The notes beneath the pieces are model-generated. The model saw only the letters and a list, made by a program, of their open reading frames with translations. It was not told the DNA's origin and made no database searches. The position numbers were made by a program, and so were the translations under genes. A DNA stretch of 64,000 bases from Fibrobacteria bacterium (GTDB taxonomy: Bacteria; Fibrobacterota; Fibrobacteria; UBA11236): assembly GCA_041746255.1 (NCBI GenBank), contig JBGTHM010000023.1, forward strand, positions 1 through 64,000, read 5' to 3'. Positions 30,312 through 40,198 of this stretch are shown here, one piece after another (positions within the stretch are counted from its first letter, which is position 1; each line of letters begins with the position of its first letter).

Positions 30312-32830
30312 TTTGGCTTTTTCTCCGTGGGATTTTTAGCCTCCGGTTCCAGTTGGGCGGAAAGTAAATTAGCGAAGAGGCGATAGGCGCCCGGAACCGC
30401 TGCCGGTAATTGCCGGAAGAAGGATAGGCCGGTATACACATAGGCTCCTTGGCCGTGCCGTGCGAAAAGCAGCATCCCTTCCTGCGGATCCTCCCCCGGA
30501 TCATTGCCCCGTAACAAAGGTTGATAAGCCTTGTCCCATGTTTCTGCGAAATACAAACCGCGCTCCTGCACCCAACCGTCAAAATCCTTGGGGGTAATCC
30601 GGTTGGGCTGGGTGAAAAAGGGATGGCTGGGATCAAGAATTTCCAGCGGAGCTTCTTCCACCGTGATTCGGCCTCTTCCCAATTTGAAAGGATACGGACC
30701 CTGGTCTTCGGTCAACAGGGACATGCTCACGTTATACTGCACAATGAAACGCCCGCCTTGCGCTACGTAGTCCATCACCCGCTTGCGTCGCGCGACCAGG
30801 TCATTGCGTACGTTGAAGGCGCGTATGCCCGCCACGATGGCATCGAAGCGCGTGAGGTCGCCGTCGAGATCGGCGCTTGCGAGCAAGGTCACCCGATAGC
30901 CCAGTTGCCTTAGGTTTTCCGGTACCGCATCACCCGCCCCCATGAGGTAACCGATATGTTCCCCTCCGGTTTTGATGTCCGCCTTCACCCAGTCCGCTTC
31001 GGCGGGGAAAAACAGGGTTTGCTTGGGAATGTGGTCATAAGCCACTTCGACCCGGCTGCGACCGACGGTCTTTCCGCCGATTATCAGTTCCGCCTTGGCC
31101 GTAATACGCGTTTCCCCTTTAGGAGGCGTCACGGAGAAAACAAACGGCTTTTGTTCGCCCTTTTCCGTCATCGTGAAATCGTGATAAGCGGGAGCAGTTT
31201 TCCAGTCCTTGGGTAAGTTAAGCCGTAGCCGCCCTTTCACTCCTTCGGAAAGTGCGGTGACCGTCATCGCCACCTCACGCGCGCCTTCCCCCGAAAAAAG
31301 GGAAATCCCTTCGACGAAGTTGACCACCGCCGGAGGTGAAATGAGGAAAGGCTCATAAACCTCGCCATGGACCTTGTCGAGATAAACATATTCCACCGGG
31401 GTTTGTCCCCGAATCCGGATGTTTCCTTGCCGTAAAACCCACTCCACGCTCAGAGCAGGTGGGTCTTGGGGCATACCGATATTTTCGGCCTTATCAATAC
31501 GATACCTTTCCGACTGGGGCTCCTGCCGCAACCATTGAGGATGGGTGGGCTCCGCGTTTTTCGGAATGCGCACAGGCGCCGTCAGTTCATAAGGCTTATT
31601 TTTTTCCAAGGAGACATTGAGCAAAGTATCCCTGGCCTGGCCCTTTCCTCCGGATTGCGGAGCAGGCAAGGTGACCTTCTCCAGCGTCCACCCCGACAGG
31701 GCTCGCGCCACGGCGGTGAACTTCAGGGAGAAACTATCTCCCGCAGCGATCGAAGGCGCATCCGCGGCCGCCTGCACCCAAAGACCCAGCATGGCAGCGA
31801 TGATCTTTTCGGTTTCGTCCAGCTTGAGCCGCGACCAATGGCTTGCGGGTAGGGCGGAAAGCCGATGATGGATTTTAAGGACCTGCGGAAGCGACTTTTC
31901 CGGATGGTTGAAATCATAAGAAGCCACCACGGAATCGACCAGCGCGGGAATGCCTTGGGAGACCGCAACCCGGCTCCATCCCACATCCACATCCGCGAAC
32001 AAATCGCCCGCAACGCTGTCACCCGCGAGGTACTGGAACTTTTCCTCCGCCATTCCCCGCAAAGGGATGGTTCCGAAACCTTGACTCTTATGGCTGTTAC
32101 GGCTCTCGGCCGCGATTTCGGTATAGGATTTCCCCAGCAGTGGGTTGAAAATACCCGCATCGACACCTCCTAACAAAGACGCCGAATCCTCCCGTTCCTC
32201 TGGACGCCAGGCGTTCCAATACACCCGGCGCGCCTGCCAAGGCTTAAGCTCCCGTATTTGTTCCGGAAACCGGGTGGAATCCCCCGCCGCTGCCCAAGCC
32301 TCCATCGCCAATTGAGCGGATGCGAGATGATGGCCATGTCCTCCTATGGTTGGCGTAAAACGCGTAACGATTACGTCCGGTTGAAATTTCCGGATGATTC
32401 GGACTATGTCCGCGAGCGTCTCCTCATGTCCCCACTTTTCCAGGCTTTCTTCGGATGACTTGGAATAACCGAAATCGATGGCCCGCGTGAAGAATTGTTC
32501 CGCCCCGTCGATTTCCCTTGCGAGCAAAAGCTCCTGGGTGCGTATGACTCCCAGCAGGGGGCCCAATTCCGGACCAATCAGATTTTGACCGCCCTCGCCG
32601 CGGTTGAGCGAGAGGTATCCCGTCCGCAGCAGCCTTTCGCTCGCCAAATAGGATAACAACCGAGTGTTTTCGTCGTCGGGATGGGCGGCCACATAAAGCA
32701 CCGTTCCCAATACGTTGAGCTTGCGCAGCGCAAGATGGATTTCACCGGAGGTAAGCGCGCGCGAGGGTTCGGCAAAGGTGTTGGGGATACTGAAAAGCAG
32801 ACACAAAAGCGCGGTTCTAACAAAGGGCAT
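30308..32830 (-). CDS. Secreted PIG-L/LmbE-family deacetylase with Ig-like and C-terminal glutamine-amidotransferase-like domains
   Basis: AAHPDDE, RGEGGQN, DFGYSKS, GHGHH; signal peptide from the ATG at 32830. Confidence 0.9.
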   Translation of the reverse strand: MPFVRTALLCLLFSIPNTFAEPSRALTSGEIHLALRKLNVLGTVLYVAAHPDDENTRLLSYLASERLLRTGYLSLNRGEGGQNLIGPELGPLLGVIRTQELLLAREIDGAEQFFTRAIDFGYSKSSEESLEKWGHEETLADIVRIIRKFQPDVIVTRFTPTIGGHGHHLASAQLAMEAWAAAGDSTRFPEQIRELKPWQARRVYWNAWRPEEREDSASLLGGVDAGIFNPLLGKSYTEIAAESRNSHKSQGFGTIPLRGMAEEKFQYLAGDSVAGDLFADVDVGWSRVAVSQGIPALVDSVVASYDFNHPEKSLPQVLKIHHRLSALPASHWSRLKLDETEKIIAAMLGLWVQAAADAPSIAAGDSFSLKFTAVARALSGWTLEKVTLPAPQSGGKGQARDTLLNVSLEKNKPYELTAPVRIPKNAEPTHPQWLRQEPQSERYRIDKAENIGMPQDPPALSVEWVLRQGNIRIRGQTPVEYVYLDKVHGEVYEPFLISPPAVVNFVEGISLFSGEGAREVAMTVTALSEGVKGRLRLNLPKDWKTAPAYHDFTMTEKGEQKPFVFSVTPPKGETRITAKAELIIGGKTVGRSRVEVAYDHIPKQTLFFPAEADWVKADIKTGGEHIGYLMGAGDAVPENLRQLGYRVTLLASADLDGDLTRFDAIVAGIRAFNVRNDLVARRKRVMDYVAQGGRFIVQYNVSMSLLTEDQGPYPFKLGRGRITVEEAPLEILDPSHPFFTQPNRITPKDFDGWVQERGLYFAETWDKAYQPLLRGNDPGEDPQEGMLLFARHGQGAYVYTGLSFFRQLPAAVPGAYRLFANLLSAQLEPEAKNPTEKKPK

Positions 32831-33005
32831 GACGGTACCTTGCCTGGAGGTTTGGGATGCCTCCGAATATAACAAGGATCCGATACGGGACAATCTTGAG
32901 CCCGGAATGGGATAGGCCGTATTCCATCAGGAAATCCGCTGATTCCGTGCTTTAAAACGAAATCAGAATAGCCGCTTCCGATCAGACAGGCGCTATCTTC
33001 GCCGG

Positions 33006-34745
33006 CTAGCGCACCAGTTCCCAATCCACCAGGGTCGGCGTCACCACCCTAGGAGTGCCCGGCGGCATATTGGCCATATTTGTATACATGGGATCGAACG
33101 CGATGTCGCGATCAGGAGGCCTGAATACCACCCCATTCGCGGCGTCCTTCTCGACATGTTTCGAGCCGAACAGGCTGGTATGCGACCCGGTTCTCCGATG
33201 CTTAATTTTTATCAAATCTTCCATGTACTGGGTGAAATTGAGGGGGCCTATTACATGACCGCTCGGACCACGCGGGGCTCCGACTGTCAGGCAGGCATTC
33301 AAATGGAAGGTAACCCCTCCGGCGACATTGAATACGCTGGACCCGTAGGCTTCGCCTAGTTCGTCATGTTCCGCTGGGGTGTAGTGGTTTGACAGGTGCG
33401 TCAAATGGTCGGCCATGATGGCGGCGGGAAAATAGCCCATGCCTCCTTCAGGGAGGGCATAACCGGCGGTGGTATTATAGTCCCCCAGCACAAAAATGCG
33501 GTTGTTGCTGACAATGGTCAGCGGCCGGAGCAAAGCGCCGCCGTTATACAATAAAAATCCCCCTGCCTGCGCATTCCCCTGAACCGGATCCTGAAAATCA
33601 TCGTACAGGTAGATGATAGAGTCGGAAGCGCTTCGGGCCTGGAGCCGAGCCATATCAACGGGAATGGGATGGATCAAGCGATTGTTGGCCAGGTCATTGA
33701 TGGTCACCCGTAGTATCCCTTTCATCAACCAGCCTGCGGGTACTGTCGGCTGGGCTAAGGTATTCGCATGGGGAGCGGGAATCGCGAGATTCTCCGTTCC
33801 ATTCAGCCAAATGCCGTCCTTATAAATGAGGCTTGCGCGCCAAGCGAGCTTGCGAACTTTCATGCGTTCATCGTCAACGTCAGGGTTGCGCCATTCTATC
33901 AGAGAGCGGGCGCCGTCCGGCCCATCGACCGGCACGCTCAACTTCTGCACCGGTCCGCAACCGTTGCCTTCCTCGCCGTAGGCCACGCGATGATTCTCCC
34001 GGAAGTCCTCCCAGTCGGAGACTATGGTTTTGAGCTCCCGGAAGGTGTCGTCCGGACCTGTGACGGGATTGGCGAAATCGGGACCCGATCCGTTCAGAAG
34101 GGCGAAATGATTGGAGCCATGGTTGCGCTGGCTGATCAGAACGAGTCCGACCGCGGTGACCCAGTCGTGTAAATTCATGTTTTTTGCGGGTCTCATCGTG
34201 ATGTTGTCATTGGAATGCATTTTCCCCCGAATGAACATATCCGGTCCCGGAGCAAGGCCCAAAGGGCCATCCCAAAAAAGTGCGAACTGATACAGGGGCA
34301 GTTCCCCCAAGCTCACATTCTCTTCCAATACGCTTCTCTGCGTACCGCCCTCACCGCACGAACTTTTCATCCCCACCAGGGTTTTGTAGTAGCTGAGGTC
34401 ATAACAGCCTTTCTCCATCACGCTTCCCTTGGCGATGATTTCCACCTCGCACGGCACCGGCGGGCGGTCCTCACCCAGAGAACACTCGACATTCGAGGTC
34501 TTGGAAACCACCGTTCCGCCCTTTTCCAGCGTTAGAGCGGCGCGGTTCACTTCAACAGCCAGGATGCCTTCGTTGCACATTCGCGTCTGCAGATAATCCA
34601 TTTCGGCGCCGGCCACCTGCATGGCCACCTTGGAGCGCTTCATCATCGTCATGCCCAGCATAAGGATTCCGATCAATACAACTGGAACCAAAAGGAGTAT
34701 GTATCCCTTTTGAGGATTCGTCGAGTGGGGGGTTGGGGTATTCAT
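33006..34745 (-). CDS. PilX/GspK-like minor pilin with a large globular domain
   Basis: QKG|YILLLV prepilin-like N-terminus without Glu5; YQFALF, GKMHSN and PPGTP motifs; start trimmed to 34745. Confidence 0.65.
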   Translation of the reverse strand: MNTPTPHSTNPQKGYILLLVPVVLIGILMLGMTMMKRSKVAMQVAGAEMDYLQTRMCNEGILAVEVNRAALTLEKGGTVVSKTSNVECSLGEDRPPVPCEVEIIAKGSVMEKGCYDLSYYKTLVGMKSSCGEGGTQRSVLEENVSLGELPLYQFALFWDGPLGLAPGPDMFIRGKMHSNDNITMRPAKNMNLHDWVTAVGLVLISQRNHGSNHFALLNGSGPDFANPVTGPDDTFRELKTIVSDWEDFRENHRVAYGEEGNGCGPVQKLSVPVDGPDGARSLIEWRNPDVDDERMKVRKLAWRASLIYKDGIWLNGTENLAIPAPHANTLAQPTVPAGWLMKGILRVTINDLANNRLIHPIPVDMARLQARSASDSIIYLYDDFQDPVQGNAQAGGFLLYNGGALLRPLTIVSNNRIFVLGDYNTTAGYALPEGGMGYFPAAIMADHLTHLSNHYTPAEHDELGEAYGSSVFNVAGGVTFHLNACLTVGAPRGPSGHVIGPLNFTQYMEDLIKIKHRRTGSHTSLFGSKHVEKDAANGVVFRPPDRDIAFDPMYTNMANMPPGTPRVVTPTLVDWELVR

Positions 34746-34967
34746 TTTATTTAATGAGGCAGTTCCTTCTCTCGCTCTCCCTTCATTGTACCTATCGGCG
34801 ACGTTTCCAGAGTATATCGGGATAGGCCTTGGGGTTACCCTGAATTGGGGTAATTGGGCTTGGAGTCCCACAAGACCCATCTTGGACAAGATTACCTTCG
34901 AAGAAGCGGCCTCCCTATGGCTTAAATGCATAGTCCTGCATGTAGGGCTTTTTGTTAATTTTAGGCG

Positions 34968-35747
34968 GTGACCAAATTCCTGTCCCTGCTTTTCCTCGCC
35001 TTCATGGCCCTGTCCAGCACTTTGCTTTTCGTAGGAGCCATGGGCATCTGGATTTCCACCTTCTGGTGGGACAAACGCCTCGCGCTATTGCACCGCTTCT
35101 CCTGCTTCTGGGCCTCGCTTTATTCCTGGATCATGCCCGCTTGGCCGCTCACCATCGAGGGCAGGGAGAATATCCGCAAGGACGCTGTTTATGTGATGGT
35201 CTCCAACCACCAGTCGCTGCTCGACATCCTCATGTATTTCCGGCTGTTCGCGCATTTCAAATGGGTATCGAAGGCGGAAATCTTCAAAATCCCTTTGGTG
35301 GGCTGGAACATGTATTTGAATGGATATATCGGCATTCGCCGGGGCGACAAACGCAGCGGCGTGCAGATGATGGAGACCTGCCGCAAAACGCTCAGCCAGG
35401 GCAGCTCGGTTTTCATGTTCCCCGAGGGTACCCGCTCCCATGACGGCATGGTCGCTCCCTTCAAAGCCGGAGCCTTCCGCATCGCGCAAAAGGCCAAGGT
35501 GCCCATTCTGCCCATGGTCATCAGCGGCACTACTCATGCCCTGCCCAAGAAAAGCCTGGGATTCCACGGCAGGCATCCCATCCACATCAAGGTATTGCCC
35601 GAGTTACCCTATGAGACGTTCGCGGAAAAACCCCTGGAGGAATTGACCCGGGAAATACACGCCCTCATCGCCGGGGAATTGCAGGCGCTGGAATCGCATG
35701 CCCGTTTCCGTCCTATCCCTAACCCCACTCCCGAAGGACCGAGGTAA
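34968..35747 (+). CDS. plsC: 1-acyl-sn-glycerol-3-phosphate (lysophospholipid) acyltransferase
   Basis: SNHQSLLD, FPEGTRS, FKAGAF. Confidence 0.9.
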   Translation: MTKFLSLLFLAFMALSSTLLFVGAMGIWISTFWWDKRLALLHRFSCFWASLYSWIMPAWPLTIEGRENIRKDAVYVMVSNHQSLLDILMYFRLFAHFKWVSKAEIFKIPLVGWNMYLNGYIGIRRGDKRSGVQMMETCRKTLSQGSSVFMFPEGTRSHDGMVAPFKAGAFRIAQKAKVPILPMVISGTTHALPKKSLGFHGRHPIHIKVLPELPYETFAEKPLEELTREIHALIAGELQALESHARFRPIPNPTPEGPR

Positions 35748-35752
35748 ACACC

Positions 35753-36550
35753 ATGGCGGATGAATCCACAGCGAGACTGGCCGTACTCATAGACGGGGAC
35801 AATGCCCAGCCCGATGCATTCGAATACTTGCTGCAGGAAATAGCCAAATTCGGCGAAGCCACCGTGAAACGCATCTATGGCGATTTCACCTCGCCGCAAA
35901 GCACGAAATGGAAGGCCATCCTCAATCGATTCGCCATCAAACCCGTGCAACAATTCGCCTATACCAAAGGGAAGAACGCCACCGACAGCACTCTCATCAT
36001 CGACGCCATGGACCTTATGTATACCCGACGTTTCGACGGCTTTTGTCTGGTGTCCAGCGACAGCGATTTTACCGGCATCGCCACCCGTATTCGCGAAGAA
36101 GGCTATATGGTCTATGGATACGGGCGCAAGACCACCCCGGATGCGTTCAAGAACGCTTGCCACCGTTTCATCATCACCGAGTTGCTGATTCCCAAGCCGG
36201 AAGGCCGTAAGCGATCCGTTCGCAAGCCTCGCTCCGAAGCTCCCAAACCGGGACGCCCCGGCATGAAAAGTTCGCCCGAAGCCGCTGAAGCGGAAAAAAG
36301 CAGCGAGCTGCCTATCGACTTCATGTTGCAGGCGCTGGAAGAATCGGCGGACGATAACGGCTGGGCCAATCTCGGCACCTTCGGGCGTTACCTCAATAAA
36401 TTACGGTCCGATTTCGACTCGCGCCAATTCGGATACGCCAAGTTGAGCGATTTGGTGCGCGACCGCAACGACATGTTCGAGATCCAGGAGCGCAAGAAAC
36501 AACCTACCGATTCGCCGACCCTTTATATCAAGGCGAAAATCGAGGAGTGA
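35753..36550 (+). CDS. NYN (LabA/DUF88) domain protein with C-terminal OST-HTH/LOTUS domain
   Basis: LIDGDN, RIYGD, GKNATD, SSDSDF; FDSRQFGYAKLSDL. Confidence 0.92.
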   Translation: MADESTARLAVLIDGDNAQPDAFEYLLQEIAKFGEATVKRIYGDFTSPQSTKWKAILNRFAIKPVQQFAYTKGKNATDSTLIIDAMDLMYTRRFDGFCLVSSDSDFTGIATRIREEGYMVYGYGRKTTPDAFKNACHRFIITELLIPKPEGRKRSVRKPRSEAPKPGRPGMKSSPEAAEAEKSSELPIDFMLQALEESADDNGWANLGTFGRYLNKLRSDFDSRQFGYAKLSDLVRDRNDMFEIQERKKQPTDSPTLYIKAKIEE

Positions 36551-38123
36551 AAAAATAAGGAGTGTGCTTGCCGCCCGCTTCCCTGCCCTGGACGTCGTAG
36601 CCCTGGCTGAGCCCGCCTGCTTCTATTCCCCGCACGCCTTTCGGTTCGGATTTAAGCGCGGTGACGGGATTCGCGCGGACATCGATAACCACCCTGCGAA
36701 AATCGAAAAGGTTCACGATTTCATTCCGGTCTCTCACCTCCAGAATGATGTGGATTTGCTTGTTCAAGGCATCATTGGGCACGGTAAAGCGCGCTTTACT
36801 CGTCCCGGCGTTTTGCAAAGTCACTGTTCCCGCATAGCTGCCGGCCTCGGGGTAGTAAAACCAGCGGTAATCCAATGCATCGCCATCGGGATCGCGGGAA
36901 GCGAAGGCATCCATTTCCATAACCTGTCCCGGCGCTTTTTGCACCATTACGAAAGCATCGGTGGTATCGCCCTTAACGGCGGCGATGGGGTTGTGGTTGG
37001 CCTCTCCGAATTCCTTTACGCACCAGTCCATGCGCGCCTTGAATTCGTTGGTATGCGATTCGCGCCAACGCCATATGGCCGCTAATTCGTCGTTCTGATA
37101 ATTGGTTGTACCCTCATAGGTGGGCACATTAGAGACCCAACTATCGGCGGCTTCGGTATACATGGCATAGGGAAAATACTGCGTTTCATCCTTACTGACT
37201 TGAGTGGTGTAGCTCGGGGCATTCTGCGTCTTTAGCGTGCGGAAGCGGCCGCCCCAACCGCCCCAGTGTAGCTTATCGGGATTGTACAAACCATGATTCA
37301 CCAAGCCTATCCAAGTGGAAGTGCCGCCCCCTTCCATGGGCTCAAGTTTACCGAGCATGATGCGTTGGGGATAGAGCGCGCCGAGCGGGCCGTGATTTTT
37401 GCGGATATGCGTTTCCACCCAGGTTTGTTCGTCCGGAAGGGTGACCTTGGGTCCGAGAAACTTCCTATGCGCGCCCATAAAGGCGAATACCTGCTTGGTG
37501 CTGCGATACCAAGGAAAGTCCGGATATTGATTGGCGAACCAGGCGCCCGCCGGGTCCTGTCCGGCATCGTCATAGACCCGGATTTTATTCAGGAAAGCCT
37601 TTACTTCTTCTTGAGTATGGTTGCGGCGGTAATCCAAAATGGCCTGGGCCAAGGTATTAGAACCACAATTAATAGCGATATGCACGGGACGCGGATCGTC
37701 TTTTTCCACGGCAGCGATTATCAAGTCGGAACCGGTAGTGGATTTGCCGTCGCCCACCGCCTCCATGCCGTATCCATCGGGCCCGGCGCCGATCACCGAG
37801 AGCAAATACTCTTCCGTCGGCCAACCCGAAGCATGTTTGAGCAGATTCGGTCGCACCTTGCCGTAGGCCTGGACCCTTTCGCGAATGAGGTCGGCGCGCG
37901 GCCCCTTTTTCAACCAGACTCCGGTGGAGGCGATAAGCCCCTCGATATCCACTTCGTTGGCATACATCAGGAGGCGAACCAGGGTCTGGGAGTCGTCCGG
38001 TTCATTGCTCATGTCGGTGAAGACGATGAGCCGGTGCTTATTCGGAGCGGACAGGCTCGGTCCTATGCCAAGGAGCAAAACGACCGGGAGGAAGAGGGCG
38101 ATGAGGGAAGATATGCGTGTCAT
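36528..38123 (-). CDS. Secreted DUF1593 (nucleoside hydrolase-like) protein
   Basis: TDMSNEPDDSQTLVRLL.YAN, GGWGGRF, ARMDWC, ANHNP, SRDPDGD. Confidence 0.88.
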   Translation of the reverse strand: MTRISSLIALFLPVVLLLGIGPSLSAPNKHRLIVFTDMSNEPDDSQTLVRLLMYANEVDIEGLIASTGVWLKKGPRADLIRERVQAYGKVRPNLLKHASGWPTEEYLLSVIGAGPDGYGMEAVGDGKSTTGSDLIIAAVEKDDPRPVHIAINCGSNTLAQAILDYRRNHTQEEVKAFLNKIRVYDDAGQDPAGAWFANQYPDFPWYRSTKQVFAFMGAHRKFLGPKVTLPDEQTWVETHIRKNHGPLGALYPQRIMLGKLEPMEGGGTSTWIGLVNHGLYNPDKLHWGGWGGRFRTLKTQNAPSYTTQVSKDETQYFPYAMYTEAADSWVSNVPTYEGTTNYQNDELAAIWRWRESHTNEFKARMDWCVKEFGEANHNPIAAVKGDTTDAFVMVQKAPGQVMEMDAFASRDPDGDALDYRWFYYPEAGSYAGTVTLQNAGTSKARFTVPNDALNKQIHIILEVRDRNEIVNLFDFRRVVIDVRANPVTALKSEPKGVRGIEAGGLSQGYDVQGREAGGKHTPYFFTPRFSP

Positions 38124-38267
38124 AGCCTTCAAATTTATCGTACTTAGAATAAATTGCCATTCCGTATCCCCGTGAACTTAGACCTTTTCGTACCCGCAAG
38201 GGTACATATTGGGTCTTGGCGGAGCCACCGATGCGGCAAGGGCTATTCATTTTGCTAATATTCGGCG

Positions 38268-40085
38268 GTGCAAGGAATCCCCCTATACCGCTCCCGTGAA
38301 GAAACTTTTTCCCAACACGAAGAGGACGAGCGTCGACGGGCGCTCATTACCGGCAATATCCGCCTAGCCGTCTTCGTCCTGACCCTGGCCGGCTTTCTCG
38401 CATTCCTGTATCACGAATGGATTATCGCGGCCGTAGGGTTCCTGCTGCTAGGCACCGGCTTTTTCATCCATCTCATTCTCCGACACGGTCGCATTCTTCT
38501 ACGCCGCGATCGCGCCGCCCGCCTGCGGGCCATCAATGCCGACGCCGCCGAAAGATTGGCCGGTAAGTGGACGCACTTTTCCCCTGATGGCAGCGAGTAC
38601 CGGGACGAGAAGCATACCTATGCTTCGGATATCGACATTTTCGGACCGGCCTCGCTGTTCCAATGGGTATGCGTAGCTCGCACGCGATTGGGTCGTCTGC
38701 TGCTACGCGACATGCTCGCCTCCACGCCTCCCGCCCCCCATGTCATCCTGGAAAATCAGGAATGCATCCGCGATCTCGCTCCCCGCTTGGAATGGCGGCA
38801 ACGTTTCGAATGCGCCGGACGCCTCATACCCCGCAAGGGAGATCATCCCGAAGAGTTGCTTGAATTCGCCGAGAGCGACGCCACTTTTTATCCGAAACGA
38901 TTCGCGCAAGCCATGCGTTATATCCCGCTTGTCACCTTTCCTGCCGGCCTTTACCTGCTCTTTGTATTCGGTACTTACGGTCCCCTGGTATTGATATTGT
39001 TGCTGCATGTTTTGATAGGCTCGCTCATCTTTCGCCGCAACGAAAAGCTGATGGACGCCATCAGCCGACAGAGGGACAACTTCGCCAGCTACATCGAACT
39101 CATCAGCTTGGTGGAGGAGGAGGAATTCACCGCTGCGCATCTCAGCGGGCTGCGCGGGCGATACCTTAACCCGCAGGGGGAATCCGCTTCATCCGCTATT
39201 CGCAATTTGCGCAGTATCGCCGACTTTCTCGACGCGCGCCATGGCCCGGTGGTGCATCTCCTGGCTAACGGGCTCTGCCTATGGGACTTGCAAGGCCTGC
39301 TCCGGTTCCAAGCCTGGAGAGGGCGAAACGGCAAACAGGTGCGCGCCTGGCTGGAAGGTCTGGCGCGTCTGGAAGCGCTGTCGGGATTCGCCGGAGCGTA
39401 TTACGACCATTCTAATTGGTGTTTTCCCGTGCTTTCGGAAGGCGAGCCGCTTATCGACTCCAAGGGCATGGGCCATCCCCTCATCCTTGAGGAGGCGCGG
39501 GTGGATAACGACTTGTCGCTGGAAAAAAAGGGCGAAGTTCTCATCATCACCGGATCCAATATGTCGGGCAAGAGTACTTTGTTGCGCACCATTGGCATCA
39601 ATCTGGTTCTCGCCTACGCGGGCGCTCCCGTTTGCGCGTCCTCTTTCCGCGCAGGGCTCTTCGAATTGCACTCGGCCATGCGCATCAAAGACGATTTGGA
39701 AAACCACGTGTCCACCTTCTACGCGGAATTGTTGCGCATCAAAGGCGTGCTGGAATCGGCGCAGGCGGGTCGGCCGGTTTTCTTTTTGCTCGATGAAATC
39801 TTCCGCGGCACCAACTCCCACGACCGGCATGTCGGCGCCCGCACGGTATTGCGGCAGCTGAGCCGCTTGGGCGCTTCCGGTTTGGTCTCCACTCATGACC
39901 TGGAGTTGGGGGATTTGGAAAAGGAGTCGCCGGAAGTGTTCCGGAATTTCCATTTCCGCGAGCATTATGAGGGTGACCAAATCCGTTTCGACTTCCGCTT
40001 GCGGCCCGGGATTTCCCAAACCACCAATGCCTCGCATTTGATGCGCATGGTGGGCATTGAAATTCCCGATTCCCAGATTCCCTAA
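38268..40085 (+). CDS. Membrane-anchored MutS-domain-V ATPase
   Basis: N-terminal TM helices; HP, TGSNMSGKST, STFYAEL, LDEIFRGTN, STHD; no mismatch-binding domain I. Confidence 0.9.
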   Translation: MQGIPLYRSREETFSQHEEDERRRALITGNIRLAVFVLTLAGFLAFLYHEWIIAAVGFLLLGTGFFIHLILRHGRILLRRDRAARLRAINADAAERLAGKWTHFSPDGSEYRDEKHTYASDIDIFGPASLFQWVCVARTRLGRLLLRDMLASTPPAPHVILENQECIRDLAPRLEWRQRFECAGRLIPRKGDHPEELLEFAESDATFYPKRFAQAMRYIPLVTFPAGLYLLFVFGTYGPLVLILLLHVLIGSLIFRRNEKLMDAISRQRDNFASYIELISLVEEEEFTAAHLSGLRGRYLNPQGESASSAIRNLRSIADFLDARHGPVVHLLANGLCLWDLQGLLRFQAWRGRNGKQVRAWLEGLARLEALSGFAGAYYDHSNWCFPVLSEGEPLIDSKGMGHPLILEEARVDNDLSLEKKGEVLIITGSNMSGKSTLLRTIGINLVLAYAGAPVCASSFRAGLFELHSAMRIKDDLENHVSTFYAELLRIKGVLESAQAGRPVFFLLDEIFRGTNSHDRHVGARTVLRQLSRLGASGLVSTHDLELGDLEKESPEVFRNFHFREHYEGDQIRFDFRLRPGISQTTNASHLMRMVGIEIPDSQIP

Positions 40086-40198
40086 CGCGATACTACCCCT
40101 TTTTTCGGGTTGGGTCGTAGCTTAGATTGCCCTATTTGCCAAACACTTGCCATCCGAACAGGTGTTTTTCCATAGGGTTTTTCAGAGTAGATGCTGAT

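Noticed and set aside
35753..36550. NYN protein as a toxin or defence system
   Set aside because: Common stand-alone LabA/DUF88-LOTUS architecture with no antitoxin or defence neighbours.
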